The translations under genes were made by a program, and so were the position numbers. The notes below the pieces were generated by a model. It was not told the origin of the DNA and did not search any database. It was given only the letters and a program-made list of their open reading frames with translations. From an uncultured Desulfobacteraceae bacterium (GTDB lineage: Bacteria; Desulfobacterota; DSM-4660; Desulfatiglandales; HGW-15): a stretch of 26,971 nt of DNA. Location of the stretch: contig CAYNYM010000001.1 of the NCBI GenBank assembly GCA_964401325.1, positions 1 to 26,971 of the forward strand, written 5' to 3'. Positions 25,250-26,971 of this stretch are shown here, in pieces. How positions within the stretch are numbered: the stretch's first letter is position 1; every line of letters starts with the position of its first letter.

Positions 25250-26971
25250 CTATGCCTTTGACTTATTCGGAGGCACCATATAGGAAAATTTTACAGGTTC
25301 CGTTGTAAACTGCATTTCATCGCCAACCTTTTGGACAATATTATTTTTGAGCCAGTCTGAGTCTTCAGCCGGATAATCCGCCCTCTCATGAAGTCCTCGG
25401 GTCTCTTTTCTTCGAATCGCACACCCCATCGACATCTCGGATACATCCAACATATTCCTGAGTTCTATAGCGTGAAGCCACTCGAGATTGAATCTCCCGG
25501 TCTTTGTCGATATGCACAGGTTTAGCAACTTCTCCTTTCTGATAGCATCCAAAACTTTTAAAGCGTCCTCGAGTTCCTTTTCTTCTCTCTTGTACATATT
25601 ATAGGTAGACATCAATCTCTTGATTTCTTTCCGCTGCTCCAGAGGGCTGAAACCCTCTTTTCGATTTAGGGGTGCCAGGGCCTCCTTGCATATTTCTTCT
25701 AACTGGCCTTCATCGATCGCCTGAAGTTCCACGGATTTTGCGCGATTCGCAGCTTCTTTGCCCGCCACATAGCCCATGGCCATGCAGAAAGGAAGGGCAT
25801 TTCCGGCCAACCGGTCGGCCCCATCCCTGCCGCCGGCGCATTCACCGGCCGCGTAAAGCCCCGGGAGACTAGTTTCACACTTGACGCTGATTCGACTGCC
25901 GCCCTGGACGTAGTGAGCCCCTGGACCAATTTCTATAGCGTCGTAGCGCAGATCCACCCCCGCATCCCTGAGGGATTTATAAAAAGGCACATTATAGGTC
26001 TTCTCGAGAAAACGATCTAAAAAGTTTCGCGGCAGGTGCCTGAGGGAGAGGTAGGCCCCGCCGTGTGGAGACCCCTTTCCTTCACGCACCTCTTTGCAGA
26101 TCGCCCTGGATTGGGCTTCGCGGGGTACAAATTCTTTATCCACCGGATAATAACGCTCCATGAATCTCTCACCCAGATTATTATACAAATGTCCGTAAAC
26201 ATTGTAAAAAAGCTCATAAGCGTATGCGTCGCGGTAAAGATTGGGAGGCCAGAGGGCCGCGGCCGGGAAAAATTGTATGAATTCCATATCACACATCTTG
26301 GCACCGGCCCGGTAGGCCATGCCGTGTCCGTCTCCGGTCAGTGTATTATTGGCCGTGCTGAATTCATAGCAGGCCATGAAGCCGCCGGTGGCCAGTATGG
26401 TGGATTTGGCTCGAACAACCTGAAAATCACCCTTCTTCATGTCTAGACCGACGGCCCCGACCACCTCGTCCCCATTCTTGAGCAGGTCGATCATGGGCAT
26501 GTCTTCCAAGCGAACCACATTTTTTTTTAGCCTAAGCTGCCGGGGCAGGGCTTTTCGATATTCCGCTCCCAAATGTTCACCGGTTTTGGCGTGCATCATG
26601 GATCTTGGGTATGTCTCGCCCATGATTCTAGTTTGGAGGTATTTCCCATCCTTTTTACACCACCTTACCCTCCATTTGGCCAGATCTTCAACGCTTTCAG
26701 GTGCCAGGCTCAGGAACGTTTTTACAAGATCCTGGCGATTGAGGTAATAGCCCGCCTTGAGCGTGTCTTTAATATGCTGATCTATGCTATCGGGAGCGCT
26801 GAGGGCAGCCTGATAACCTCCGCCCGCCATCCACACAGCAGCTCCGTCTTGTCCAATGCATCCCTTGTTTGCCATAATGACATTGACGCCCTGCTGATCG
26901 GCTTCTATGGCCGCCCTGATCCCTGCGATCCCCCCGCCTATCACCAAAACATCCGTTTCAAGATACTCTTT
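25250..26971 (-). CDS. FAD-dependent oxidoreductase of the SdhA/FrdA/NadB fold, 5'-truncated by the window edge
   Basis: The frame is open to the window end (KEYLETDVLVIGGGIAG). Motifs: ILATGG, TGDG..MAYRAGA...DMEF.QF.P, GERFM..Y, HYVQGG, PGLYAAGE, RLAGNAL, RKETRGLH.R.DYP. Confidence 0.9.
   Translation of the reverse strand, partial: KEYLETDVLVIGGGIAGIRAAIEADQQGVNVIMANKGCIGQDGAAVWMAGGGYQAALSAPDSIDQHIKDTLKAGYYLNRQDLVKTFLSLAPESVEDLAKWRVRWCKKDGKYLQTRIMGETYPRSMMHAKTGEHLGAEYRKALPRQLRLKKNVVRLEDMPMIDLLKNGDEVVGAVGLDMKKGDFQVVRAKSTILATGGFMACYEFSTANNTLTGDGHGMAYRAGAKMCDMEFIQFFPAAALWPPNLYRDAYAYELFYNVYGHLYNNLGERFMERYYPVDKEFVPREAQSRAICKEVREGKGSPHGGAYLSLRHLPRNFLDRFLEKTYNVPFYKSLRDAGVDLRYDAIEIGPGAHYVQGGSRISVKCETSLPGLYAAGECAGGRDGADRLAGNALPFCMAMGYVAGKEAANRAKSVELQAIDEGQLEEICKEALAPLNRKEGFSPLEQRKEIKRLMSTYNMYKREEKELEDALKVLDAIRKEKLLNLCISTKTGRFNLEWLHAIELRNMLDVSEMSMGCAIRRKETRGLHERADYPAEDSDWLKNNIVQKVGDEMQFTTEPVKFSYMVPPNKSKA

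Noticed and set aside
929-26747. The many plus-strand and alternate-frame ORFs in the track (e.g. 13477-14673, 5674-6399, 11765-12352)
   Set aside because: They overlap well-supported minus-strand genes, lack family motifs, and are expected shadow ORFs.
1-26971. CRISPR array, rRNA/tRNA, transposase or integrase
   Set aside because: I saw no regularly spaced short repeats, cloverleaf or rRNA-like sequence, or recombinase motifs.

Overview
Co-oriented (all minus-strand) catabolic/accessory region of an anaerobic bacterium. The gene content looks Desulfobacterota/Syntrophales-like, which is inference only. In transcription order (right to left): 5'-truncated SdhA/FrdA/NadB-fold flavoprotein; acyl-CoA ligase; acetylene-hydratase-like Mo/W-bisPGD oxidoreductase (1-nt frameshift near the start); a six-gene cassette (86-aa protein, twin-CxxC protein, SAM methyltransferase, MJ0619/TrsS-like radical SAM enzyme, PaaK-like AMP ligase, Fe-S/CCG protein) resembling the uncharacterised DVU1551-1559-type aldehyde-oxidoreductase accessory cluster; a corrinoid protein; a pyrogallol-transhydroxylase-like alpha/beta pair; a MarR regulator; a three-subunit xanthine-oxidase-family Mo-hydroxylase whose FAD subunit carries a ~470-aa GltD-like NAD(P)H module inserted inside its 4Fe-4S loop; an MmgE/PrpD protein (1-nt frameshift); a 1700-bp tandem duplication carrying two identical TRAP dctP genes and two ~90%-identical copies of a structured non-coding element; and the start of a thiolase-family gene at the left edge. 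No rRNA, tRNA, CRISPR array, transposase or integrase was seen. Family assignments come from motif recognition from memory, not database searches.
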